From: Spirulina sp.
Lineage (GTDB): Bacteria; Cyanobacteriota; Cyanobacteriia; Phormidesmidales; Phormidesmidaceae
Length of the DNA stretch: 64,000 nt
Direction of reading: 5' to 3'
NCBI GenBank assembly: GCA_044070495.1
Contig: JBIPSI010000004.1
Location: 1-64,000, forward strand
Part shown: positions 1-7,589 of the stretch, one piece after another
Position numbering within the stretch: position 1 is the stretch's first letter
Layout: each line of letters begins with the position of its first letter
The notes under the pieces: generated by a model
Database searches by the model: none
Told to the model about the DNA's origin: nothing
What the model saw: only the letters and a program-made list of their open reading frames with translations
Translations under genes and position numbers: made by a program

Positions 1-322
1 GCCACATCCGGTTCACCCACAACCGCGACCCTGAACCCGCCATGGCCTCTTGCAAACAGCATGACCTGCGTACCGACCGTATCGAGTTCAAAATACACAC
101 GTACTGCTATGCTGCCGACTAGTTTTGTCAGTCAACCAGCCACAGCAGACACCCGACAAAGAGCCTAAAGCCTACTGTAGTCAGGGCCTTCACCAATTTT
201 TCTAGCCCAGGAGAGGAGAGGCATCCGCCGATGATACTCCCAAAAAACAGGATCGTTCGGCCTATGGCCTTGAATCAGACTGAAACCCTTGATTCCTCGA
301 TCTTCTCCATGGCTCAGTGGTT

Positions 323-1486
323 TTAGCCCTGCAGCGGGGCACTGGTTGTCAAAAAGGCGGCACCCTTTTGGACAATCACAAAGCGCTTGTAGAAAAAAAC
401 CTGGTCTTGGCGGTGGAGACGATCCGCCAGATCCGCCAGGGTTTGCCAAGGGGAATACCGGGGTGGACAGGTGCGGTCGCTGAGCCGATTCCAGAACGCC
501 ATACGGGCCTTGGGGGCGGCGTGGTGGTGCAGCGTTTCCAGCACCATTTGAAAGTGTGCTTCGGACATGTATTCAAACACATTACTGAGGTTGAAGCGGT
601 CGATGGAGTGCTGGTTTTGGCCCAAAAAGTCCTCCAGGGATGTGGTGTGCCACTCCAGGCGATCCAGGTTTTGGCGGATGGCTTCAAAATTTTCGGGCCG
701 CAGGGCGTAGGGCAGTATGGTGTCATAGCCGCTCAGAACAATCCATCGCAGGTAGGGGTTTTGGGCTGGATCTAAGGTGGTAAGGGCGTAGCGAGTGCGT
801 CCCAGCAGGTGGTCGGCCAAGGACTGATCGCCGTAGCGCAGAAATTCGGGGTCGGTGCCCAAATGCCCTAGCGTAAAGCGCGAGAAAAACGCCCGAAACA
901 ACCACCGCCACCGCCAGCTATCCCATTGTTCGGTGTACCAGGCCTCGCGTTCGGCGGGAGAAAGCCCCTTAAAAATCGGTCGCCAAACCTGGGGAGAATG
1001 AACCAAGGGCAGCACCCAGCGGCGAAATAGGGCCAGGTAGCGCTCAAACTTGCCGCTGTGAAGAATTCCTTGGGCAACGGTCTGGGGGCGGTGATCCCAA
1101 AATTCCCTGGCTGGGGGCGAGAGTTCCTTGCGGCAGCGCTGGTAAAGCTGCGCCCTGAAAGATCCCAGGGTTCTCAAAGAACCCTGGGATCTGGTTTCCT
1201 GGGATTGTGCCCCCAAAAGCATCAACATTTCGGGATAACTCAGGCTCCGAAAGGCGGCTACTTTGAGTTCCAAACAGGCGATTTGGGCAGGGCTGAGATC
1301 CACCGCCATCACCCGCTGGGGGCTGCGGCTCAGCAGGGCCAGGGTATTGTCGCCACCGGAGGCAATGGAGAGGCAGGTGTGGTGGGGCTGCACCGCCAGG
1401 GCTTCTAGCAAAACGTCGGCATCTTCCCAACACTGGGCATAGCGTAGATGGTCGAAGCGGGTGTGATGTTCTATTTCGCTAGGCAT
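323..1486 (-). CDS. DUF3419/BtaA-like SAM-dependent 3-amino-3-carboxypropyl transferase
   Basis: 387-aa ORF with RYAQCWED, SIASGGDN, VDLSPAQ, GKFERY and LSNVFEYM motifs typical of BtaA/DUF3419. Confidence 0.8.
   Translation of the reverse strand: MPSEIEHHTRFDHLRYAQCWEDADVLLEALAVQPHHTCLSIASGGDNTLALLSRSPQRVMAVDLSPAQIACLELKVAAFRSLSYPEMLMLLGAQSQETRSQGSLRTLGSFRAQLYQRCRKELSPPAREFWDHRPQTVAQGILHSGKFERYLALFRRWVLPLVHSPQVWRPIFKGLSPAEREAWYTEQWDSWRWRWLFRAFFSRFTLGHLGTDPEFLRYGDQSLADHLLGRTRYALTTLDPAQNPYLRWIVLSGYDTILPYALRPENFEAIRQNLDRLEWHTTSLEDFLGQNQHSIDRFNLSNVFEYMSEAHFQMVLETLHHHAAPKARMAFWNRLSDRTCPPRYSPWQTLADLADRLHRQDQVFFYKRFVIVQKGAAFLTTSAPLQG
1160..1192. repeat. 33-bp palindrome (AGATCCCAGGGTTCT-CAA-AGAACCCTGGGATCT) in frame inside the BtaA-like CDS
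   Basis: Perfect 15-bp inverted repeat; the same arms recur at 32560-32625 and 32656-32721. Confidence 0.85.
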
Positions 1487-1551
1487 GGGGCGATTCTATC
1501 GTTTCCTACCAACTCCAACTCCTGCCACCCCGATTTCTGACTCACCTGTCT

Positions 1552-1574
1552 GGGCGCGGGGACTGCGCCCCTAC
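1552..1574 (-). repeat. GTAG-type REP-like hairpin
   Basis: Minus strand reads GTAGGGGCGCAGTCCCCGCGCCC, intergenic. Confidence 0.65.
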
Positions 1575-1582
1575 CCACTCCA

Positions 1583-4540
1583 TTAGGATTGAGCCACCGC
1601 AGGCTGGATTCGCTGCACCCGTCCGGTGCAGCCATCCAGCGTTACCCAGTCGCCCTCTTGCAGAAGGGTGGTTAGGTTGGGCAGGTCGCTCACCATCGGC
1701 AGGCCCAGTTCCCGCGCCACAATCGCCACATGGGACAACACACTACCCCGCTCCACCAGCAACCCCTGGGCATGGGGAAACAGCAGCACCCAGCCCGGAT
1801 CCGTGGAAGTGGCTACCAGAATCTGGGGTTCCTGATTGTGGTGGGATACCCCCTGCCGCTGAAGCCACTGGCGCGGATGGCTCACCAAACACACCCGCCC
1901 CTGGACGGTTCCCGGCGCACAGCCCATACCCTGCCAGGTGTCGGGGTTGTCGGTGGTTTGTGAGATATCTGAATCCTTTGAGAGTCCTAAATCCAGCCTA
2001 GGCACGGATGGGGATGACAGACCCAAACTCGGCAGGCCAAAGGTTTCCAGGCGTCGAGGCAAGGCCGGAGTCGCGAGGTGTTGCTGATACTCGGCTTTGC
2101 GGATGGCCACTAATCCCCGCAGATCCAAGGTGGTAGCAGTGCCTTCCACCAGGCCCATAATTTCTTCGACCTCTAGGAAAAAGATGTCGGCAGGATCCTC
2201 CAGCCAGTCCAACGCATAGAAGCGTTTGCCCAGTTCCACAAACACCCGCCGAGCTTGGCCAAACACACGGGTGCGCTCGAAGCGGAGGTTCTCCCGATTT
2301 CGCACCAGGCGACGGGTGTTGTGCAGCACCCAGCGAAAGAGGATGGCTTTGGGGCCGTTGACGTTCATCGACATCGACGTTGTTGGGGATTGATCCCCCC
2401 TAGCCCCCCTTGAGAAGGGGGGAACTGGAGCCAAAGTCTTCCTTGGGAAGGGGGGAACTGGAGTCAAAGTCCCCCTTTTTAAGGGGGATTTAGGGGGATC
2501 TCCAGGCCTAGAGCTACTGTCCGGTCTTCCCTCTCCTACAGGGCGAGGGGTTGGGGGTGAGGGCTTCTGCGCCATGTAACCCACGGTTCGCAGCAGGGGC
2601 AGAGGATCGTCGGCTAGGGTGGGGCTTTCCAGCTTGAGTTCTTCGAGGCAGCGATCCCCAAATTTTTCCAAATACTGCTGATAAGCCGTTTCTAAGGACG
2701 GGATAGTCCTCAAAGTGCGCTGAATTTCGGCTAGCGACCCGTTGCAGAAGATCTCGATCTGATCAGGATCATCTGCCAAGAGGGTCGCCATTGCCGTCAT
2801 GCGCTGGGCGGGTTCGGTGCTGATGATGTCGCCCGTTAGGCTGATTAGGGTATTTTGCAAAGCTCCAGTGGTGTCGCCGCCCCAGCGCGTGACGAGTTTT
2901 TTCAGTACGCCGTAGAAAATCATGGCAAAGAAGTCGTTAATCAGCGGCGCATCCCAGTGGGTGAGGAGTTCGCCTTCGATGCGGCGATAGATTTTCACCA
3001 GTTCGTCGGGCCGTTGGTCGGGCAGGGTGGCCAGCTGGTCTGCCGTCATCAGCACCCGACCCAGCCGCTGGTGGTAGCGCTGGATGCGGTGGTTGAGGGT
3101 GAGGTAGTTGGTCACAATGCGCCCGGTAGACCAGGCCAGTCGCAGGGCATCGGCCACGGGATGGGTCTGATTTTGGCGACGAATCTCGGCCATCACCGCA
3201 TCGGGCAGGCCCTGCTGTACCCCCAGCATTTGCTCTAAAAACCGCGCATTCAGCCGATATCCCGGCAAAAAGGTCAACACCCGATACCAGCTCAGCAGAT
3301 TGTAGTAAATCCGCCCCTGCAAGAAGCCAATCATGGTCTGAAACACCTGGCGATGCTGGGCAATCACCCCATTGGGCACCCCCATAAAACGGCAAAACTG
3401 TTGATACACCTCGGTATAGGCCTTGCGGGCAAAGGAAAAGGTCAAGGGCGTCGTGACGCCGCTGTAGCTCTCCACGATGTTACTGTTGTCCCACAGGCCA
3501 TAGGTGCCATCGGGGTCGGGTTGAGTGGCCAGCGTGGTGATGGGGCGGGCTTGCAAGAGGTAGAGGTTGGCCCTTGCCCTCACCCTAAATCCCTCTCCCA
3601 AGGTGGGAGAGGGACTTTGAAGATCGGCCTCCCCCTCTCCCACGGGGAGAGGGGGACTGAGGGGGTGAGGGCTCCAGGCCCACTCGATATCCTGGGGGCG
3701 GGCTTGGTGGTGGCCGATGGTTCGGGCCAGATGGGCAATTTCGAGGATTTGGCTATCCGTTAGCACCGCCCGCTGTTGGGCTTCGGCGGGGACGGCTTCC
3801 CAGGTGAGATCCCCTGATGTGCTGGTCTGCTGGCGCTGGGTTTGCAGGGCTAAGCGGCGTTCTAGAATCTGTCCTTCCCGGCTCACCAGGTAGGTATCGC
3901 CCACCACGTCTCCGTTGACCAAGGCCGCAGATAGTCCGTAGACCGCTTGGATGACCGTTACCCCCCGCTTCCCACTCACCGGATCGGCACTGAAGGCCAC
4001 CCCAGCCGCCACGGGATTGAGCATGGGCTGAATGAGGACGGCGGGTGGTTGTAGGTCGGCAGGGCGCGGGTCATCGGATGGGCGAGGAGACCTCGCCCCT
4101 ACGGTGTGATAGGTTTGCAGGGCTTCAGAAAAGGCGGATTGCCAAACCCGCAGAATGGCGTTGTCCAAGTCCGCTAGCGCTACCCCTAGGACGGTTTCCA
4201 ACTGTCCGGCGTAGCTTTGCTGGGTACCGTCCTCCGCCAAGGCCGACGACCGCACGGCCCACCGCTGTTCTGGCCTTCCCACCAATTCTAGGCACTGCCT
4301 CACTTCCGCCATCACGGCTGGGGCAAGGCGGGTTGGGAGTCGGTGGTTTCCCAAAGTTAGGGCGTCGCCATTACAGAGATGCAGCGAATCCCAAAAGGCC
4401 TGGGGCAGCAGAACAACGCCTGGTAGCGCGGGAAAACCTGCCAGGACTAGGTGCGCTAGGGTCGCCGCTTTGCCACCGAGGTGAGGCAGGGCTTCGGGTG
4501 AAGGGGGATGTTCTGAGCTGAACCAGGTGCAGTAGGACAT
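1583..4540 (-). CDS. PEP/pyruvate-binding (ATP-grasp) plus C-terminal phospho-His swivel protein; rifampin phosphotransferase-like small-molecule dikinase
   Basis: GGKA, RSSALAEDG..SYAGQ, DIEWA and QARPIT motifs, and C-terminal TDPGW...GSVLSHVAIVARELG with the catalytic His; start set at MSYCTW because the upstream extension is repeat-derived. Confidence 0.85.
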   Translation of the reverse strand: MSYCTWFSSEHPPSPEALPHLGGKAATLAHLVLAGFPALPGVVLLPQAFWDSLHLCNGDALTLGNHRLPTRLAPAVMAEVRQCLELVGRPEQRWAVRSSALAEDGTQQSYAGQLETVLGVALADLDNAILRVWQSAFSEALQTYHTVGARSPRPSDDPRPADLQPPAVLIQPMLNPVAAGVAFSADPVSGKRGVTVIQAVYGLSAALVNGDVVGDTYLVSREGQILERRLALQTQRQQTSTSGDLTWEAVPAEAQQRAVLTDSQILEIAHLARTIGHHQARPQDIEWAWSPHPLSPPLPVGEGEADLQSPSPTLGEGFRVRARANLYLLQARPITTLATQPDPDGTYGLWDNSNIVESYSGVTTPLTFSFARKAYTEVYQQFCRFMGVPNGVIAQHRQVFQTMIGFLQGRIYYNLLSWYRVLTFLPGYRLNARFLEQMLGVQQGLPDAVMAEIRRQNQTHPVADALRLAWSTGRIVTNYLTLNHRIQRYHQRLGRVLMTADQLATLPDQRPDELVKIYRRIEGELLTHWDAPLINDFFAMIFYGVLKKLVTRWGGDTTGALQNTLISLTGDIISTEPAQRMTAMATLLADDPDQIEIFCNGSLAEIQRTLRTIPSLETAYQQYLEKFGDRCLEELKLESPTLADDPLPLLRTVGYMAQKPSPPTPRPVGEGRPDSSSRPGDPPKSPLKRGTLTPVPPFPRKTLAPVPPFSRGARGDQSPTTSMSMNVNGPKAILFRWVLHNTRRLVRNRENLRFERTRVFGQARRVFVELGKRFYALDWLEDPADIFFLEVEEIMGLVEGTATTLDLRGLVAIRKAEYQQHLATPALPRRLETFGLPSLGLSSPSVPRLDLGLSKDSDISQTTDNPDTWQGMGCAPGTVQGRVCLVSHPRQWLQRQGVSHHNQEPQILVATSTDPGWVLLFPHAQGLLVERGSVLSHVAIVARELGLPMVSDLPNLTTLLQEGDWVTLDGCTGRVQRIQPAVAQS
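2392..2500. repeat. GATCCCCC...GGGGGATC element with three CCTT-NNN-AAGG hairpins at 33-bp period, in frame in the dikinase CDS
   Basis: Same termini and unit as the copies at 17441-17650 and 23904-24037. Confidence 0.85.
2529..2564. repeat. CCCTCTCC-hairpin/GGTGAGGGC short dispersed repeat inside the dikinase CDS
   Basis: Encodes PSPPTPRPVGEG; matches the copies at 3576-3672, 4758-4797, 5648-5681 and 57132-57162. Confidence 0.75.
3576..3672. repeat. Double CCCTCTCCC-N-GGGAGAGGG hairpin element with GCCCTCACC/GGTGAGGGC inverted ends, in frame
   Basis: Lies between the conserved DIEWA and LYLLQARPIT motifs, which are normally only a few residues apart. Confidence 0.85.
4080..4102 (-). repeat. 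GTAG-type REP-like hairpin inside the dikinase CDS
   Basis: Minus strand reads GTAGGGGCGAGGTCTCCTCGCCC, encoding VGARSPRP. Confidence 0.7.
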
Positions 4541-4552
4541 GGGGTGGAGAAA

Positions 4553-4587
4553 TCGGGAGTCGGGAGTCGGGAGTCGGGAGTCGGGGT
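4553..4587. repeat. Heptamer tandem repeat (TCGGGAG)x4-5, STRR-like
   Basis: Read directly; 7-mer tandem repeats are typical of filamentous cyanobacteria. Confidence 0.85.
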
Positions 4588-4642
4588 GGTGCATTGCTTC
4601 GCGCTGGCGCTAGCCTCGCCCTTGGCGTTATGCACCCTACGA
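4588..4642 (-). repeat. GTAG-type REP (TCGTAGGGTGCAT...AATGCACC) carrying an internal ~25-nt insert
   Basis: Matches the copy at 57181-57214 apart from the extra segment at 4604-4629. Confidence 0.7.
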
Positions 4643-4649
4643 ATGTTTT

Positions 4650-5744
4650 CTATTTCCCCAAAAGCCAGGGCAACCAGCCCAGGCTGAGGTAGACGCCCAA
4701 AGTCCAAATCGCGGTGGGTGTATCCAAAATGTCGTAGATCTTTCGCGTCGATTCCGTCCCCCCCTCTCCCACGGGGAGAGGGGCCGGGGGTGAGGGCCGA
4801 GGACTCTGGGCAGCAGAAAACTTACCCAGCCAAGGCCATGTCTTCAACCCAATCCATCCCATCAGCGCCGCCAAAATGGGGACGGCAATTGCTAGGGCAT
4901 TGATAGACCAAGCCGTCCAAAAGGAAAAGATCGCCGTCAACAAAATGGCCCCCAACCAAAGCCGCACCGCCCCAGACAGACCCCACAAAGCGCTATAGGT
5001 TTCTACGCCCGGCTCTTCTCCGGCGGGTAGGCGAATTTTGCGGCCTAGTTCAATCACTAAGCCATTGCAAAAACAAGCCAGCAGAAAGGGAAAAATACCC
5101 TGAGAAAAGACGGTTCCAGCGGTCAAAATCGTTTGTGTGGCAACGGCATAACCTGCAATCAGCGGCACAATCACCATGTGGCTGAGTACGTAGGCGACGG
5201 GATGGGACTTCAGCCAATGGCGCACGAAAAATTCTTTACACATCAGCCCAAAGTAGGCCCAGACGCCAATCAAAAATCCCAGCAAAGTAGGTGCTAACCA
5301 GAGGGCTAAACTCGCCTGAATCACGGCGCTAATCAGTCCTAAAATAGCCAACTCTCGCAAACTCACTAGGCCACGGGGAACGGGGCGATAGGGGCGATAT
5401 TGGGTGTCGTCAGCAAGGTCTTTGAATTCGTCCGCCACCCGCATTTGCCAGAAAAAAGCAAAGGTACTCGCAAAGGCCACAAAGGCCGAGGAAAGGGCCG
5501 GACGAGTATCGGTAAGACTGGCTCCATAGCCCACAGCGGCCCCACTAAAGATGAGGATCAATAGGCCATGCTTAACTAGGGGAAAGCGTTCTTTTTGGTA
5601 AATCCATGCCCGTGTAAATAGGCTTTTTCTAAGTAGAGTTTTGCGGTCCTCACCCCTGCCCCTCTCCCCTAGGGAAAGGGGTTCTGAAGTGTCCCAGGGT
5701 TCCTGAGAAGGGGCAGAACTGGGCACATCGGAATCAGGGACCAT
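4650..5744 (-). CDS. UbiA-superfamily prenyltransferase (divergent)
   Basis: Polytopic membrane protein with Asp-rich motif RVADEFKDLADD..RPYRPVPRG; second motif region ELGRK...EEPGVETYS. Confidence 0.75.
   Translation of the reverse strand: MVPDSDVPSSAPSQEPWDTSEPLSLGERGRGEDRKTLLRKSLFTRAWIYQKERFPLVKHGLLILIFSGAAVGYGASLTDTRPALSSAFVAFASTFAFFWQMRVADEFKDLADDTQYRPYRPVPRGLVSLRELAILGLISAVIQASLALWLAPTLLGFLIGVWAYFGLMCKEFFVRHWLKSHPVAYVLSHMVIVPLIAGYAVATQTILTAGTVFSQGIFPFLLACFCNGLVIELGRKIRLPAGEEPGVETYSALWGLSGAVRLWLGAILLTAIFSFWTAWSINALAIAVPILAALMGWIGLKTWPWLGKFSAAQSPRPSPPAPLPVGEGGTESTRKIYDILDTPTAIWTLGVYLSLGWLPWLLGK
4758..4797. repeat. CCCTCTCCC hairpin repeat inside the UbiA CDS (a second copy lies at 5648-5681)
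   Basis: Encodes PSPPAPLPVGEG; the 5648 copy encodes PLSLGERGRGE. Confidence 0.75.
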
Positions 5745-5871
5745 GGTAAGGGAATGTAATGTGGGCGCGACGGCAGTTGGGTAAGTGGCCAATCTAACCA
5801 CCAATAACCAATAACAAGTAGCTCTAATCTAAGCCTCTAATGACGGGATAAGCCCCACCCTAGGACAGTCC

Positions 5872-6282
5872 CTAAGCTGCACCAGGGGCGTTGGGCGCAT
5901 CAGGATTGCCCTGCACCCGCGCAATGGCCTGGGTGATCTCGGATTCTGTCCAACCCTGGCGCTGTAGGCGGCGTTGGAGTTGGTCGTCGTTGGCCCCCGC
6001 TTGCAGGGCACGGCCCACATAGGTTGTCAGGGCTTCGGCTTGGGGATCGGATTCGGGATGGGCAGGGGCATGATCACCCCGAATGGCTTCCCAAAGGGTG
6101 ATTATGAGTAGCCCCACACCAAAGGCTAAGGCCATCCAAAAGATGCCACCAATACCGAGGGTGCAAAGGATCGAGTAAAAGAACAGTTGTCCTGCTGAAC
6201 TGGGGCCAAGGGTTAAGACTAAACCACCCGCCACCATTAGGCCACCTAAGATTGTGCTAAACGCAATTTTGGAGAAGGGCAT
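5872..6282 (-). CDS. Hypothetical membrane protein (2-3 TM plus small C-terminal helical domain)
   Basis: ATG lies 7 bp after the upstream stop; hydrophobic N-half and LQRQGWTESEI-type C-terminal motif. Confidence 0.65.
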   Translation of the reverse strand: MPFSKIAFSTILGGLMVAGGLVLTLGPSSAGQLFFYSILCTLGIGGIFWMALAFGVGLLIITLWEAIRGDHAPAHPESDPQAEALTTYVGRALQAGANDDQLQRRLQRQGWTESEITQAIARVQGNPDAPNAPGAA

Positions 6283-6289
6283 CACATCC

Positions 6290-7312
6290 TCACAGACGAT
6301 TATCGAGGGCAATTTCCCAGTAGCGTACTAGGCCGATGACTAGGGCCATATAGCAGGGAATAGCGAAGGCAATTTCGACAGGAGCATTAATGACAGGAAT
6401 CAGAAAACCTGTGAAGTTAGCAACGGCACTAGGCCCATAGACTCGAATACCGTTGACGAACAAATAATATTCAATGGGCAGGGCAATGGCAGTACAAATG
6501 GATAGGGCCATCACAAAACGAGTGGCGATGGGATAGTGAGGAAAGAATCGATAAACAAGCAGGGCCGTAATGGCAATTACCCCCACCCAAATCCCGGTCA
6601 TAATAAAGCTGATGTCGTGGAAAATAAACGACCAACTGGGGAAGCCTTGATTAAGAACCATTGGCTCTACCATTACCTCGAACATGAAAATCGCTAGGGC
6701 TGTCATGGCAATACCTCTGGCCCAGCGAATTTTCTTGAGGGGAATCAGCAGCCTGTCTTCTAGCACAAAGCCCCAGTATTTATAAAATCCAATTACCAGT
6801 CCTGCAAAGACAGGCACATAATAAACTAGTTCAATCGGTACACTGGCAATGGTGAGGCCACTAAGGGAGTCTAATACCTCTGGGGCATAGCTCCGAATAC
6901 CAATATTAACAACCCAAATTTCTAGAGGAAGAGTCAGCAATACAAGAACGCTCAAGTACAGAAAAAATCGTTTCCATTCTCGCCAACTGGGCAACAGTTT
7001 ATCGACAATTTCAACGACTCCCAAAAACAGAATGGCCCAGCCGATGGTCAAAATCCAGCTCACATCATGATACAAATAGGCCCATTGCCCTAGACGAGCA
7101 TTGCGCCACATGGGAGCAGTAAATAGCTCAAAAATCAGCACGCCCACCGCCATAATGCCAAATCGAATCAGGATTTGACTTTGAATTTTGCTGAGGAACC
7201 ATAGCCCTAATCCTAAGGCCAAAAAGACCACTCCTTGAAAGAATAAAGTGGCCGGAGTCGCTGTTTTTTCAAAGGCACAATGGCCCAATAGCCAAAGGGA
7301 ATTTATGAGCAT
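6290..7312 (-). CDS. Internally duplicated polytopic membrane protein, lycopene cyclase (CrtYcd)/CruF-like motifs
   Basis: Two homologous halves (FELFTAPM/FEVMVEPM, YHDVSW/FHDISF, PLE..GIRSY/PIE..GIRVY, VPIE/APVE); AT-richer DNA. The ORF is solid but the family call is tentative. Confidence 0.6.
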   Translation of the reverse strand: MLINSLWLLGHCAFEKTATPATLFFQGVVFLALGLGLWFLSKIQSQILIRFGIMAVGVLIFELFTAPMWRNARLGQWAYLYHDVSWILTIGWAILFLGVVEIVDKLLPSWREWKRFFLYLSVLVLLTLPLEIWVVNIGIRSYAPEVLDSLSGLTIASVPIELVYYVPVFAGLVIGFYKYWGFVLEDRLLIPLKKIRWARGIAMTALAIFMFEVMVEPMVLNQGFPSWSFIFHDISFIMTGIWVGVIAITALLVYRFFPHYPIATRFVMALSICTAIALPIEYYLFVNGIRVYGPSAVANFTGFLIPVINAPVEIAFAIPCYMALVIGLVRYWEIALDNRL

Positions 7313-7589
7313 TGTTATGGCGTCCTAGTTTACGCACGGCACTGTGGACAGTTTCTTAAAGCAAGGTTAGCACCAAGTTATCCGTCCATCCGTGTGCTAA
7401 CGTCAGCCAGCATGGTACACCGATAGACAGCTTCAACAGCATAGTAGCGGGTCTTTTAGAGTCCGCCGTCTATTGAACAAACTTCTTATCGCGATGGCTG
7501 GATCAGTAAGGACAGAGAGAATGCCATAGGGCAACGCAATAAATTGTCATTCTTTGTAACAATATAAATTAGTCAAGATGGCACCTGCC

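Noticed and set aside
1..62. Start of a further minus-strand gene of the cluster
   Set aside because: Two possible ATGs in different frames (43 and 62) and too little sequence to assign a product
1583..4540. Phosphoenolpyruvate synthase ppsA or bona fide rifampin resistance gene
   Set aside because: It lacks the PEP-binding TIM barrel of PpsA; only the architecture matches RPH, and the context suggests biosynthesis
7366..7401. CIRCE/HrcA operator
   Set aside because: TTAGCAC and GTGCTAA are 20 nt apart instead of 13, the inner TC/GA bases are missing, and no chaperone gene follows
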